Source of the DNA: Candidatus Poribacteria bacterium
Lineage (GTDB): Bacteria; Poribacteria; WGA-4E; PCPOR2b
NCBI GenBank assembly: GCA_965208325.1
Contig: OZ242326.1
Location: forward strand, 352,001 to 416,000
Direction: 5' to 3'
DNA: 64,000 bases
Shown: positions 10,187 to 19,118 of the stretch, piece after piece
How positions within the stretch are numbered: the stretch's first letter is position 1
Layout of the letters: every line of letters begins with the position of its first letter
Program-made: the position numbers and the translations under genes
Notes under the pieces: model-generated
The model's input: only the letters and a program-made list of their open reading frames with translations
Database searches by the model: none
Told to the model about the DNA's origin: nothing

Positions 10187-10612
10187 GTGTTTAAAGCGCA
10201 AAATTGGAAGATTGGGATGGTTTATGCGATGCTCGGAACGATAATCGGGTTGCTCCTTTCGCCTGTCACGGCGCAAAGGAATAAGTTTAACACAATCCAG
10301 TGCTCTCAGTTGGAAGTTGTTGATTATGCGGGCGAAGTGCAAGTGCATCTCGGTACGGATATCTATGGCGGTAGTCTCATAGTTTTCAGAGAAGGGGGCG
10401 GTTTTGTGACGATAGGTAGCTCTGAACACAATAGTGGCCTCTCGGTTTTTGACAAAGAAGAGGACTATTTAGTGATGATAAGTAACAATAAACACGGTGG
10501 ACAAGTGGGTGTCTTTAGCAAAGGCAAAGGCGATGCGACAATGGGCATAGACAAATCCGGCAACGGTGTTGTGGTGACTAAGGACAAAAACGGCTATCGA
10601 GATTGGAAGTAA
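10187..10612 (+). CDS. secreted beta-rich hypothetical protein (paralog B)
   Basis: AAGGAGG before GTG 10187; SPVTAQRNKFNTIQCSQLEVVD and C-terminus match paralog A. Confidence 0.8.
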   Translation: MFKAQNWKIGMVYAMLGTIIGLLLSPVTAQRNKFNTIQCSQLEVVDYAGEVQVHLGTDIYGGSLIVFREGGGFVTIGSSEHNSGLSVFDKEEDYLVMISNNKHGGQVGVFSKGKGDATMGIDKSGNGVVVTKDKNGYRDWK

Positions 10613-10633
10613 ACCCAAAGGAATAATGCAACC

Positions 10634-10855
10634 ATGCGAATGCGAGCGCTCATCGATAACGTTTTGCTGACTATGGCGGACGATGACGGAGACTATCTCA
10701 ACGATACCCGTATGCTTGCGTTTGCCGACAAAGCCCTTCGGGAAATAAACGAGCTTTGCCGCTCGATTCACGGCGCGCGTAAAATCAGTGTCAATGCAGA
10801 ACAAGCCAACTACGGAATGCTAGACACCTTTACCAGTTTCTGTAGGTTGGGTTAA
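10634..10855 (+). pseudogene. truncated phage head-tail adaptor-like fragment
   Basis: LIDNVLLTMADDDGDYLND...FADKALREI resembles adaptor N-termini; ORF ends inside the REP at 10841. Confidence 0.4.
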
Positions 10856-10943
10856 GCGGGCCAAATTAAACACACGAAACATGTCGAACGGATATCGGCG
10901 TTTGAATACGTTCGGACCTTGTTAAGATACACCGAACCCAACC
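10841..10943. repeat. GTAG-type REP element
   Basis: TGTAGGTTGGGTTAAGCGGG ... CCGAACCCAACC. Confidence 0.65.
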
Positions 10944-10976
10944 GAAAAAACTTAACATATAGAAAATTCCCAATAC

Positions 10977-11888
10977 ATGCATTACATACGCGGCAAGGCC
11001 AATAGATATTGGTACTGTGAAAGTTTATGGCAGTTATTTAAAGACCTCTTAAAAACTCCATTTGAAAATCAGCCTCAGACCGGCCCTTGGGGTGACGAGG
11101 TCCTAAGTAGAGGTTCCGACTACCATCGACGCGAAATCCTAGATCGCGGGAGGACAAATTTTGATGAACCATTTAATGGGCTTTCTCCCGATGATAAGGT
11201 GTTGATTTACTGTAATCATTATATGCCTATGCACCTTATTAGTTCGTATCAAATATTTCGTGTTCACTCGACATATTTTACGAATCTTCTCGCATCAGTT
11301 GATAATAATGTTGTCTTTATCGACTTTGGCTGCGGCCCATTAACTTCAGGTATTGCATTTTGGGCTTTTGCAAGGCGAAGCAACATTTTTTATTTGGGGG
11401 TTGATTCTTCACATGCCATGCGTGCAAAGGCGGAGAATGTCAACCAATATGGACCCTTCCAAGATTTGGATCCTTTCTTTAGCCGATTTAAACTCATTGG
11501 TAGCCTTACAAAACTGCCCAAAATATTAGACAATATCGTAACGAGGCATAATAAGATACTGATTGTATTCAACTTCTGCTACTTCCTCGCTAGCCGGTAA
11601 TTAGATGCCAATAACTTGAGTAACTTGAAAGATGTCATGGTTCGAATTGTGGAACAGCACAGTAGACAAAATATGTGCATGGTGTATCAAAACCCTGACT
11701 TACCGCAATTACATGAAAATTGGGAAATCCTCAAAGCTAACCTTTCGGGGTTTAGCAGTGTAACAAATGCACCCAATGTCACATGGTTCAACTATGAAAG
11801 CCTAATTACTGGTTCGCGCCACGAAACCACAGTTTACTATGATATACTTTGCAAAGACGAAATTCGACATCAGGAGGACCGGCAATGA
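10977..11888 (+). pseudogene. class I SAM-dependent methyltransferase interrupted by in-frame TAA (11598-11600)
   Basis: FIDFGCGPLT motif I and YLGVDSS motif II; the same frame resumes after the stop (FLASR*LDANNLSNL). Confidence 0.7.
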
Positions 11889-12541
11889 CGCAACCAGCCC
11901 TCTTTCCCGATTTAGATCTTCAACCTCCTTCGCCACATCCTTCACCAAAAAATGAGGACGTTACTGATACAATCAAAGGATTCAATTACATTGAACACTA
12001 CATTGATAAAAATGAACATGAACGATTATTAAAACAGATTGACGAGAACTCGTGGCTACAAGATTTTAAGCGGCGTGTTCAGCATTATGGTTTCAAGTAC
12101 GACTACAAAGCGCGGAAAGTCAACTATGATATGCGTATTGGGCATTTGCCTGAGTGGCTGCAAATACTTGGTCAAAGATTACATGAGGATGGTCACATGC
12201 CGGCAAAACCAGATCAAGTTATTGTCAACGAGTACAAACCTGGGCAAGGGATTTCCAGTCACATTGATTGCGAACCTTGTTTTGAAAATATGATTGTCTC
12301 TCTGAGTTTGGGATCGAGTTGTATCATGGATTTCACGCACAAACTTGACAAGACAAAAAAAATGCCTGTTTGGCTTGCACCGCGAAGCATTATCGTATTG
12401 AAAGGTGAATCAAGATATTATTGGTTACACGGTATCGCTCCGAGAAAATCAGACCAGTGGGATGGTCAAACGTATAATAGACAACGCCGAGTATCGTTAA
12501 CATTCAGAAGGGTGATAATCGAAAACCCTTCAAGGGGATAA
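11885..12541 (+). CDS. AlkB-family 2OG-Fe(II) dioxygenase
   Basis: RRVQHYG, IVNEYKPGQGISSHID (HxD), WLHGI, RVSLTFR; ATGA overlap with the methyltransferase stop. Confidence 0.9.
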   Translation: MTQPALFPDLDLQPPSPHPSPKNEDVTDTIKGFNYIEHYIDKNEHERLLKQIDENSWLQDFKRRVQHYGFKYDYKARKVNYDMRIGHLPEWLQILGQRLHEDGHMPAKPDQVIVNEYKPGQGISSHIDCEPCFENMIVSLSLGSSCIMDFTHKLDKTKKMPVWLAPRSIIVLKGESRYYWLHGIAPRKSDQWDGQTYNRQRRVSLTFRRVIIENPSRG

Positions 12542-12623
12542 CTGTTGCTCGAAGCTTTTTCGAATCTACACATCGGTTTAATTGGTTCGGCAGAGCGCAT
12601 CCGATGAAGTATGCCCTCCTTTA

Positions 12624-12774
12624 ATCATTGCGCATCATTAAATCACACAAATCTCAGCCCCGAAAATAAAACCCTCTCAACCCCTTACTACCCCGTCAAT
12701 AACGCGATCACCCCTCTCTTTCAGCTATACCACTTGACAACTGTTACAATATATGGTAATATTTTACCGTTATG
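12624..12774 (+). promoter_or_regulatory. copy 2 of the duplicated promoter module
   Basis: TTGACA (12734)-17-TAATAT (12757), ATG 9 nt later, no ribosome-binding site. Confidence 0.65.
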
Positions 12775-13275
12775 CTAAAGCAAGAATTATGCTTTAGCGA
12801 ATCGGACATCGACTTCACAATCGATCTCTTCGCGCACTACGGCGACGGCAAAGCCAACGCCAATCGCGTCATTGAGGAATTGTGTGAATACTTTGGGATA
12901 GCGGACAACGCAAGTAACCATAAACTGTTGTCAAACAAAATCCGCACCTTTAATCCCAACAGAAAGGATTGCGCCGATCAGTATCGCAAGCGTTATCTTA
13001 TGAAACGCACAGACAATCTCAAAAATAGACACGAACCCGACGGAATCTATTCGCGGCATAAACAGAAAATCTATTACCGCGCCGTTGACGTGTTGTATGA
13101 AGAGATGACGCCAGCGCTCGCGCTCAAGGTCATTGAAGCCGAAGACCGATTTGCTATCGAAAACAAAAACTTAAACTTACAAGAAAGGATCGAACGCGAA
13201 TGTTTAGCTGACGATACGGGAGATAGTTCTTTCCGTCATGGCGAAACGCAGCCAGATTTACAGCAACCACAGTAG
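12772..13275 (+). CDS. phage hypothetical protein, possible terminase small subunit
   Basis: 167 aa, helical, directly upstream of and overlapping terL. Confidence 0.55.
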   Translation: MLKQELCFSESDIDFTIDLFAHYGDGKANANRVIEELCEYFGIADNASNHKLLSNKIRTFNPNRKDCADQYRKRYLMKRTDNLKNRHEPDGIYSRHKQKIYYRAVDVLYEEMTPALALKVIEAEDRFAIENKNLNLQERIERECLADDTGDSSFRHGETQPDLQQPQ

Positions 13276-15049
13276 GTTTCTGAAAATCTATCGCGCAAAT
13301 CATAATGCCCGCGCACTGCACGCCGTCGAGAGAACTGAAGAGGAACAAGACATCTATCTCCGCGGTTTTGATGATGTCTTAGTCTTTGCCAAGACCCATT
13401 TCCCGGACGTATTCACGGTGAAATGCGGTCCGCACGCGTCTCCTATCCTAAACTGCATTCCCGCCGGTGACCGCGGAAGGCGTGCCAATATCATTGCGCC
13501 CAGAGGATGCGGCAAAAGCACTTACATCGCCGTCATCTACGTACTCCACTGTGTCTACTACAAAGAGGAATACGAGCGCCGCGGATTAATGCCCGATAGC
13601 TTCATTATGATCGTAAGCGGCACTGAAGAACTTGCCACTGACCGCCTGCGCGACATCCGTATCAAAATCGAAGACCATCCCACCTTCCGCCACTTAAAAG
13701 GTCAAGCCAACTGGAGCGCTGATCTCCTCGAAACCCGAAACGGCGTTCGCATCTTGCGCGTCGGCAGGCGCGGCAGAATCCGCGGGCAACTCAAAGACCT
13801 TGCCCGACCCACGCTCATTATCCTCGACGATGTAGAAAACGGTGAGGAAATCCAAAACCCCAAAATCCGCGATAAAAACTGGAAATGGTTCAACGAGGAT
13901 GTTATGCCTGCCGGTCGTATCGACGGCAAGACGAACTTCATTCACATTGACACCGTAAAGCACGAAGAAGCCATCTCCAAACGACTGCATCTCCTTCCAG
14001 ACTGGTACACCCAATTCTACCGTGCTATTGAGAATCCCGTAGACCTGCGCCACCCCGCCGCCGAGCCGTTGTGGGAAGATTGGGAGAAAATCTATACGGA
14101 CATGACGCTCGAAAAAGACGAACGCGACCGCCGGGCGCGCGCATTTTTCGAGCGTCACAAGGGTGAAATGCTGGATGGCGTGCAAGAACTCTGGCCGGAA
14201 ATGCTCTCGTATACCTACATCCGGCGGCTCATCTGCAACGAAGGTTACATTTCCGTCATGCGCGAGCGTCAAAACTCGACGCGCGACCCTTCAAAAGAAA
14301 TCTTCAACATGGAGAGTGCCGTTCGCTTCAAAATCACGCCCGACGGACTCTTGAGAAGCGACGGACGCATAGTCCACTGGAGCGATATCGCTGGCGCCAC
14401 CGTTTTCCTCGATTGGGCTGGCGGCAAGGACGCTTACGATTCCTGCTTCGCCGCCGCTGTGTTCGTGTTGTGGGTACCGCTGCCCCACGCGAATATGAAA
14501 CGCCGCCGCGACCCGATCGCCGCCCTCTCTAACGCCCACGCCTACGTGCTTGATGTCTGGATGGACAAAGTGCCTGTCACTGCGCAATTAGAAGAGACAT
14601 TTAAACTCATTAAGCGTTGCGTCAGCGCAGTGCCGCACGTTCGTTTCGATTCCATCATGCTCGCTGTCGAGGACATCCCGAAAGACACCGGCAACGCGAT
14701 GCACGACATGATTAATCGGGCGTTCGAGGTTGCGCGGAAAAAGTATCAGATGACCTCGCTCGTCCGCATGCAGTACTACCCGCGAAGCATGCGAAAGTTA
14801 GACCGTATCGCCGCCTTGGAACCGCCTATCACCAACGGCTGGATTGCATTCAACGAGACGCTATCCGAGGAGTTTATGCGTCAGTTGCGGCAATTCCCCA
14901 CCGGCGATTTCTGCGACGGACCCGACGCTTTGCAAGGCGCAATAGAGTTGCCCATTACCCGCTTCCCCGCCGAACGGCTGCCGAACGGAATGCCGGAAGA
15001 TGACGATTCGGACCAAATGATGCACATTGTAAGGAGCTATCTATCATGA
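13238..15049 (+). CDS. phage terminase large subunit
   Basis: Walker A APRGCGKST, Walker B IILDDVEN, nuclease domain FLDWAG...KLDRIAALEP...QFPTGDFCDGPDAL. Confidence 0.85.
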   Translation: MAKRSQIYSNHSRFLKIYRANHNARALHAVERTEEEQDIYLRGFDDVLVFAKTHFPDVFTVKCGPHASPILNCIPAGDRGRRANIIAPRGCGKSTYIAVIYVLHCVYYKEEYERRGLMPDSFIMIVSGTEELATDRLRDIRIKIEDHPTFRHLKGQANWSADLLETRNGVRILRVGRRGRIRGQLKDLARPTLIILDDVENGEEIQNPKIRDKNWKWFNEDVMPAGRIDGKTNFIHIDTVKHEEAISKRLHLLPDWYTQFYRAIENPVDLRHPAAEPLWEDWEKIYTDMTLEKDERDRRARAFFERHKGEMLDGVQELWPEMLSYTYIRRLICNEGYISVMRERQNSTRDPSKEIFNMESAVRFKITPDGLLRSDGRIVHWSDIAGATVFLDWAGGKDAYDSCFAAAVFVLWVPLPHANMKRRRDPIAALSNAHAYVLDVWMDKVPVTAQLEETFKLIKRCVSAVPHVRFDSIMLAVEDIPKDTGNAMHDMINRAFEVARKKYQMTSLVRMQYYPRSMRKLDRIAALEPPITNGWIAFNETLSEEFMRQLRQFPTGDFCDGPDALQGAIELPITRFPAERLPNGMPEDDDSDQMMHIVRSYLS

Positions 15050-15291
15050 CTGAATTATCAATAATATCTGAATTAACTAACCCGAAAAAGGCTTCAAAAA
15101 TGAGCATTCTCAACTTATTTTTTCAAATGCTCACAAATGCTCAACCCTGCAAACCCGCTCCCTGTCTAGCTTCGTGCCCATTTTCGCCAATTTTCGTATA
15201 TTTCAAATGCTCACAGAATGCTCAAATCAAAAATCCCAAATCTTGTTCCCAATCGGGTCGCCAAAACCCCAAATCTTTAACAGATTTTGTA

Positions 15292-15332
15292 TTGACTTGT
15301 GTCGAATAATATAATATTATATTAAGTAAATA
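15292..15332 (+). promoter_or_regulatory. sigma70-like promoter (ATTAAGT family)
   Basis: TTGACT-17-TATTAT followed by ATTAAGTAAAT. Confidence 0.55.
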
Positions 15333-15429
15333 CAAATAAAGTATTCAGTGGGTGGTTAAACGTCTTTACTAGCCACTGTCCACTAGTCACTAACCACTGT
15401 TTTTGAAAGGGAGATTTAACATGTTTAGG

Positions 15430-15552
15430 ATTCAGATTTTTTTGCGCCGTGGCAGGCGACGCTAACATCCCGATAATTGTGCAAAGGCACCCAAACAAAC
15501 TACCGAACCCAATATAGACCAACTTAATTTTCCAATGCTGACTGTTACACAC
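15430..15552 (-). pseudogene. truncated third paralog of the SPVTAQ secreted family
   Basis: AAGGAGG ribosome-binding site; QHWKIKLVY...TIIGMLASPATAQK, after which similarity is lost. Confidence 0.65.
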
Positions 15553-16525
15553 TGTGTTTCCCTCCTTTTTTTATGTTACGGACTAAGCCCTCAAATAATT
15601 CGCGGATACCGACACTCCCAAAATTCCAATCGTCCCAAGGCGTACGGTGTGGCAGTTGGAAAACACGCCAAAATTTCATAGTTAACTTCCGCGCCGACTT
15701 CGGTGCGAACAGCTCTAAACCCAGTGTTAGACTGAATTTGCGCGTTTTTTCGTCCCCATAAAATCGCTGTGTTGCGTAGGAAAACTATGAAAACTATGAA
15801 ATTTTCACACAATCACTCGTTAAATTTAACCATAACCGAATGTATCCGCGCAACGATTTTCTCAGGCGCATCCCTGATAAAGCGTTTAACTCGCTTTTTC
15901 GGCTGAAACCGCTATTCGCGAGTGCAACCTTAACAATCGAATTTTACCGAGATTAGTGCAGGACAGATGTAATTGGCATCACGGTTGGCGTGTTGACACG
16001 CATTCCGCTATGATTTAATATAACGCATTTTCCCAGAGAAGTTGATTTTTTTCGGTAATGCCGCCCCAAGAACGCACAATTCATTTCCCCAAAACGAACT
16101 AGACAGGGAAGGTAACATCTCTGTAAACAATGAAAATAGGACCTACCCAGCTCAGTTTGTAGTAGCGCAACTTATTGCGCGTCCGGCAGATAGGTCACGT
16201 CCTTGTACATCACCTGACATATTTTTTATGTAAAAACGGGCAATAAATTGTCCTACTATGAACCTTTGGACGTTCAACAGCGTAACTCCTACCACTATCA
16301 CATCTGATTGACATTATTGAATATAAGGCAGCGGTAAAAACCCCAGATTAGGTCGGTTTTTGCTGGTAGCTTCGCCGCTTCTAGTGTATAATATTGTAAA
16401 TTAAATCGGCACAGGCATTACTGTTAAACGAGATTTTCATCATTACTCAGAAATTCAACCGGTTTGCTTGGATCAAGCTTGTCTTATTCGATAATTCGAT
16501 TGGCGGCTTGAATGGAGTCATTGCC

Positions 16526-19093
16526 ATGATAGGGCGGTGCAATTTCACGATTTTTGTCGCGGCGATATTGCTGATGCTATGGGGTCCGCATGCGCTAGAC
16601 GCTAGTGAGCCTGATCAGGCGGTTCAAGATGAGCAATATGCGTTCTTTGAAGCAAAAATACGTCCGGTTTTAGTGAACACCTGTTTCCAATGTCACGGGG
16701 GGGAGCAGACCAACAATGGTCTACGCGTAGATTCCCGCGAAGCACTGCTTGAAGGCGGCATTTATGGGCCAGCGATAGTGCCGAACGAGCCCGATGCGAG
16801 TTTGATGATTGAAGCCATACGGCACAATGAGACAGCGTACGTAACGATGCCGCCCGACGAAAAATTGCCCGACCATGTTGTAAGGGATTTCGAGGCTTGG
16901 GTGAAGACTGGCGCAATTTGGCCGCCGGAAACCGATTGGCAGACTAACGACGCGGTGAAAGCGGACGAACATTGGGCATTTTTACCGGTAAAAGCAGTTG
17001 AGCCGCCGACCGATTTCTCGAATTGGTCTGATCATCCAATCGATCGGTTCATCAGCGTGCAGCGGGTCGAGCGGGGTTTAAATCCAAATCCGCCGGCGGA
17101 AAAGCGTACGCTCATGCGCCGCGTCTACTTTGATCTCGTAGGATTACCGCCGACACCGGAAGAAGTGTACGCATTTTTGGCGGACACGTCGCCGCATGCG
17201 TTAGAACGTCTCGTCGAACGCTTGCTGGCTTCACCGCGGTATGGCGAGCGTTGGGGGCGGCACTGGATGGATGTGGTACGTTACGCCGATACTGCCGGCG
17301 ATAACGCTGATTACCCTATACCGGAAGCGCACCTTTACCGTGACTACATCATCGATTCGTTCAACGCGGACAAACCGTACGACCAGTTTGTTCAGGAACA
17401 GCTAGCCGGTGATATTCTCGCCAACAATGCACCGCTTCAGCAATACGCCGAAAACATAATTGCTACGGGATTCATCGCTTTATCTCGCCGGTTCGGCACC
17501 GGGCCGCTTCAATTGAAGCATCTAATCATCGAAGACTCGATTGACACAACGGGACGCGCATTCTTAGGATTGACGATGCGCTGCGCTCGCTGTCATGACC
17601 ACAAGTTCGAGCCGATTACCATGCAAGATTACTATGCCATGTATGGCATATTCGACAGCACAACCTATCCGTACCCCGGCTCCGAGTCATTTCAAACTGA
17701 TCGAAATCCGCGTACAAATTTCGTGCCGCTGCAGCCTCCTGAGCAAGTTCAACCGCAAATTGACGCTTATCAAGCCGAGTTGAGTCAGCGCCGAAAAGAG
17801 ATTGAACAGCTGGAACATGAAGGCGAGCTAGCGGAAAAACGAAATTCAATCAAACAACAAATTGAATCGTTGCGAGAGCAGATTAAAACACTGAAAGCGG
17901 ATGGCGGCGATACTAAAGACCTCGAATCGCAGTTACCTGAGCTGTCGACGCAGCAAAACGAACTCAGGGACAAAATTAACCACCAAAAAGGCGATCTGAA
18001 GCGAAAATTGCCGCGTTCTGATCTACCGGCGGACATACCTCAAGCTTATGCAGTTAAAGATGGAGAAGCGAAAGATGCGCACATCCACCGGCGCGGCGAC
18101 CCAGCGCAGTCGGGGCCTGCAATAAGGCGGGATGTGCCGAAATTCCTTAACAACGGTAAGACGCTTGAAATTCCGGACGGTCAAAGCGGACGCTTGCAAC
18201 TGGCGCAGTGGCTTACTGACCCGGCGAACCCGTTGACGGCGCGGGTAATGGTCAATCGAATTTGGCAATATCACTTTGGGAAAGGAATCGTTTCTACCCC
18301 GTCGAATTTTGGTCGTAACGGCGCTAAGCCGACACACCCGCTTTTGATTGATTATTTGGCAACGCGCTTTATCGAAAGCGGTTGGTCGGTAAAGGCGATG
18401 CACCGACTAATTCTTTCATCGAAGACTTACCAACTGGCGAGCAGCGGCAACGTACAGAACGCCGTTGTCGACCCGTCAAACGATTACTATTGGCGATTCG
18501 ATCGGCGACGGCTTGACGCAGAAGCCTTACGCGATGCCGTGATGAACATCAGCGGTTTACTGGATTTAAGCCGGCCGGGAGCGCATCCGTTTCCGCCAAT
18601 AGAAAAATGGTTCTGGTCGCAGCACGTGCCGTTTCCTTACGATAACGTGACTGGCCGCTTCGTACCAACGCCGTATCCCTCGAACCACCGCACCGTTTAT
18701 CTGATGACGCAGCGGCTTCAATACCATCCGTTTCTCGGACTATTTGACGGACCTGATACGAACACGACTACTGGAGTACGCACCAGTTCTACGGTACCCC
18801 AGCAATCTCTATATCTCATGAACAATCCGTGGGCTTACGCGCAAGCCCAAGAATTTAGTAAACGCTTGATTGCGTTTTCACAGGATCCTTTAGAACGCGT
18901 TAACCGCGCACATTTGCTCGCTTATGGCCGCGAGGCAACCACCGAAGAAAAGCAGCTTGCTGAAGCGTATATTAAACGTGTAGTTGAAAACCTTCAAACC
19001 AACGAATTCACTCCCGAACAATGGGAGGTGGAAGTGTGGAACAGTTACGCACAGGTGTTGTTAAGATCTAATGAATTACTTTACATTGACTAA
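16526..19093 (+). CDS. planctomycete cytochrome c plus DUF1549/DUF1553 protein
   Basis: CFQCH and CARCH heme motifs; YGERWGRHWMDVVRYADT; NPLTARVMVNRIWQYHFG; RRLDAEALRD. Confidence 0.92.
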   Translation: MIGRCNFTIFVAAILLMLWGPHALDASEPDQAVQDEQYAFFEAKIRPVLVNTCFQCHGGEQTNNGLRVDSREALLEGGIYGPAIVPNEPDASLMIEAIRHNETAYVTMPPDEKLPDHVVRDFEAWVKTGAIWPPETDWQTNDAVKADEHWAFLPVKAVEPPTDFSNWSDHPIDRFISVQRVERGLNPNPPAEKRTLMRRVYFDLVGLPPTPEEVYAFLADTSPHALERLVERLLASPRYGERWGRHWMDVVRYADTAGDNADYPIPEAHLYRDYIIDSFNADKPYDQFVQEQLAGDILANNAPLQQYAENIIATGFIALSRRFGTGPLQLKHLIIEDSIDTTGRAFLGLTMRCARCHDHKFEPITMQDYYAMYGIFDSTTYPYPGSESFQTDRNPRTNFVPLQPPEQVQPQIDAYQAELSQRRKEIEQLEHEGELAEKRNSIKQQIESLREQIKTLKADGGDTKDLESQLPELSTQQNELRDKINHQKGDLKRKLPRSDLPADIPQAYAVKDGEAKDAHIHRRGDPAQSGPAIRRDVPKFLNNGKTLEIPDGQSGRLQLAQWLTDPANPLTARVMVNRIWQYHFGKGIVSTPSNFGRNGAKPTHPLLIDYLATRFIESGWSVKAMHRLILSSKTYQLASSGNVQNAVVDPSNDYYWRFDRRRLDAEALRDAVMNISGLLDLSRPGAHPFPPIEKWFWSQHVPFPYDNVTGRFVPTPYPSNHRTVYLMTQRLQYHPFLGLFDGPDTNTTTGVRTSSTVPQQSLYLMNNPWAYAQAQEFSKRLIAFSQDPLERVNRAHLLAYGREATTEEKQLAEAYIKRVVENLQTNEFTPEQWEVEVWNSYAQVLLRSNELLYID

Positions 19094-19118
19094 CTTTAAT
19101 CGACGCTAGGAGTGAACC

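Noticed and set aside
11598..11600. Recoding at the methyltransferase stop, and at 45548-45550
   Set aside because: Both are TAA, best explained as nonsense mutations or sequence errors
1232..12541. Classical integron
   Set aside because: No IntI and no convincing attC pairs recognised; the spacers carry REP-like motifs instead
13694..14272. 192-aa antisense ORF in terL, and similar shadow ORFs elsewhere
   Set aside because: Opposite well-supported genes and with no motifs of their own
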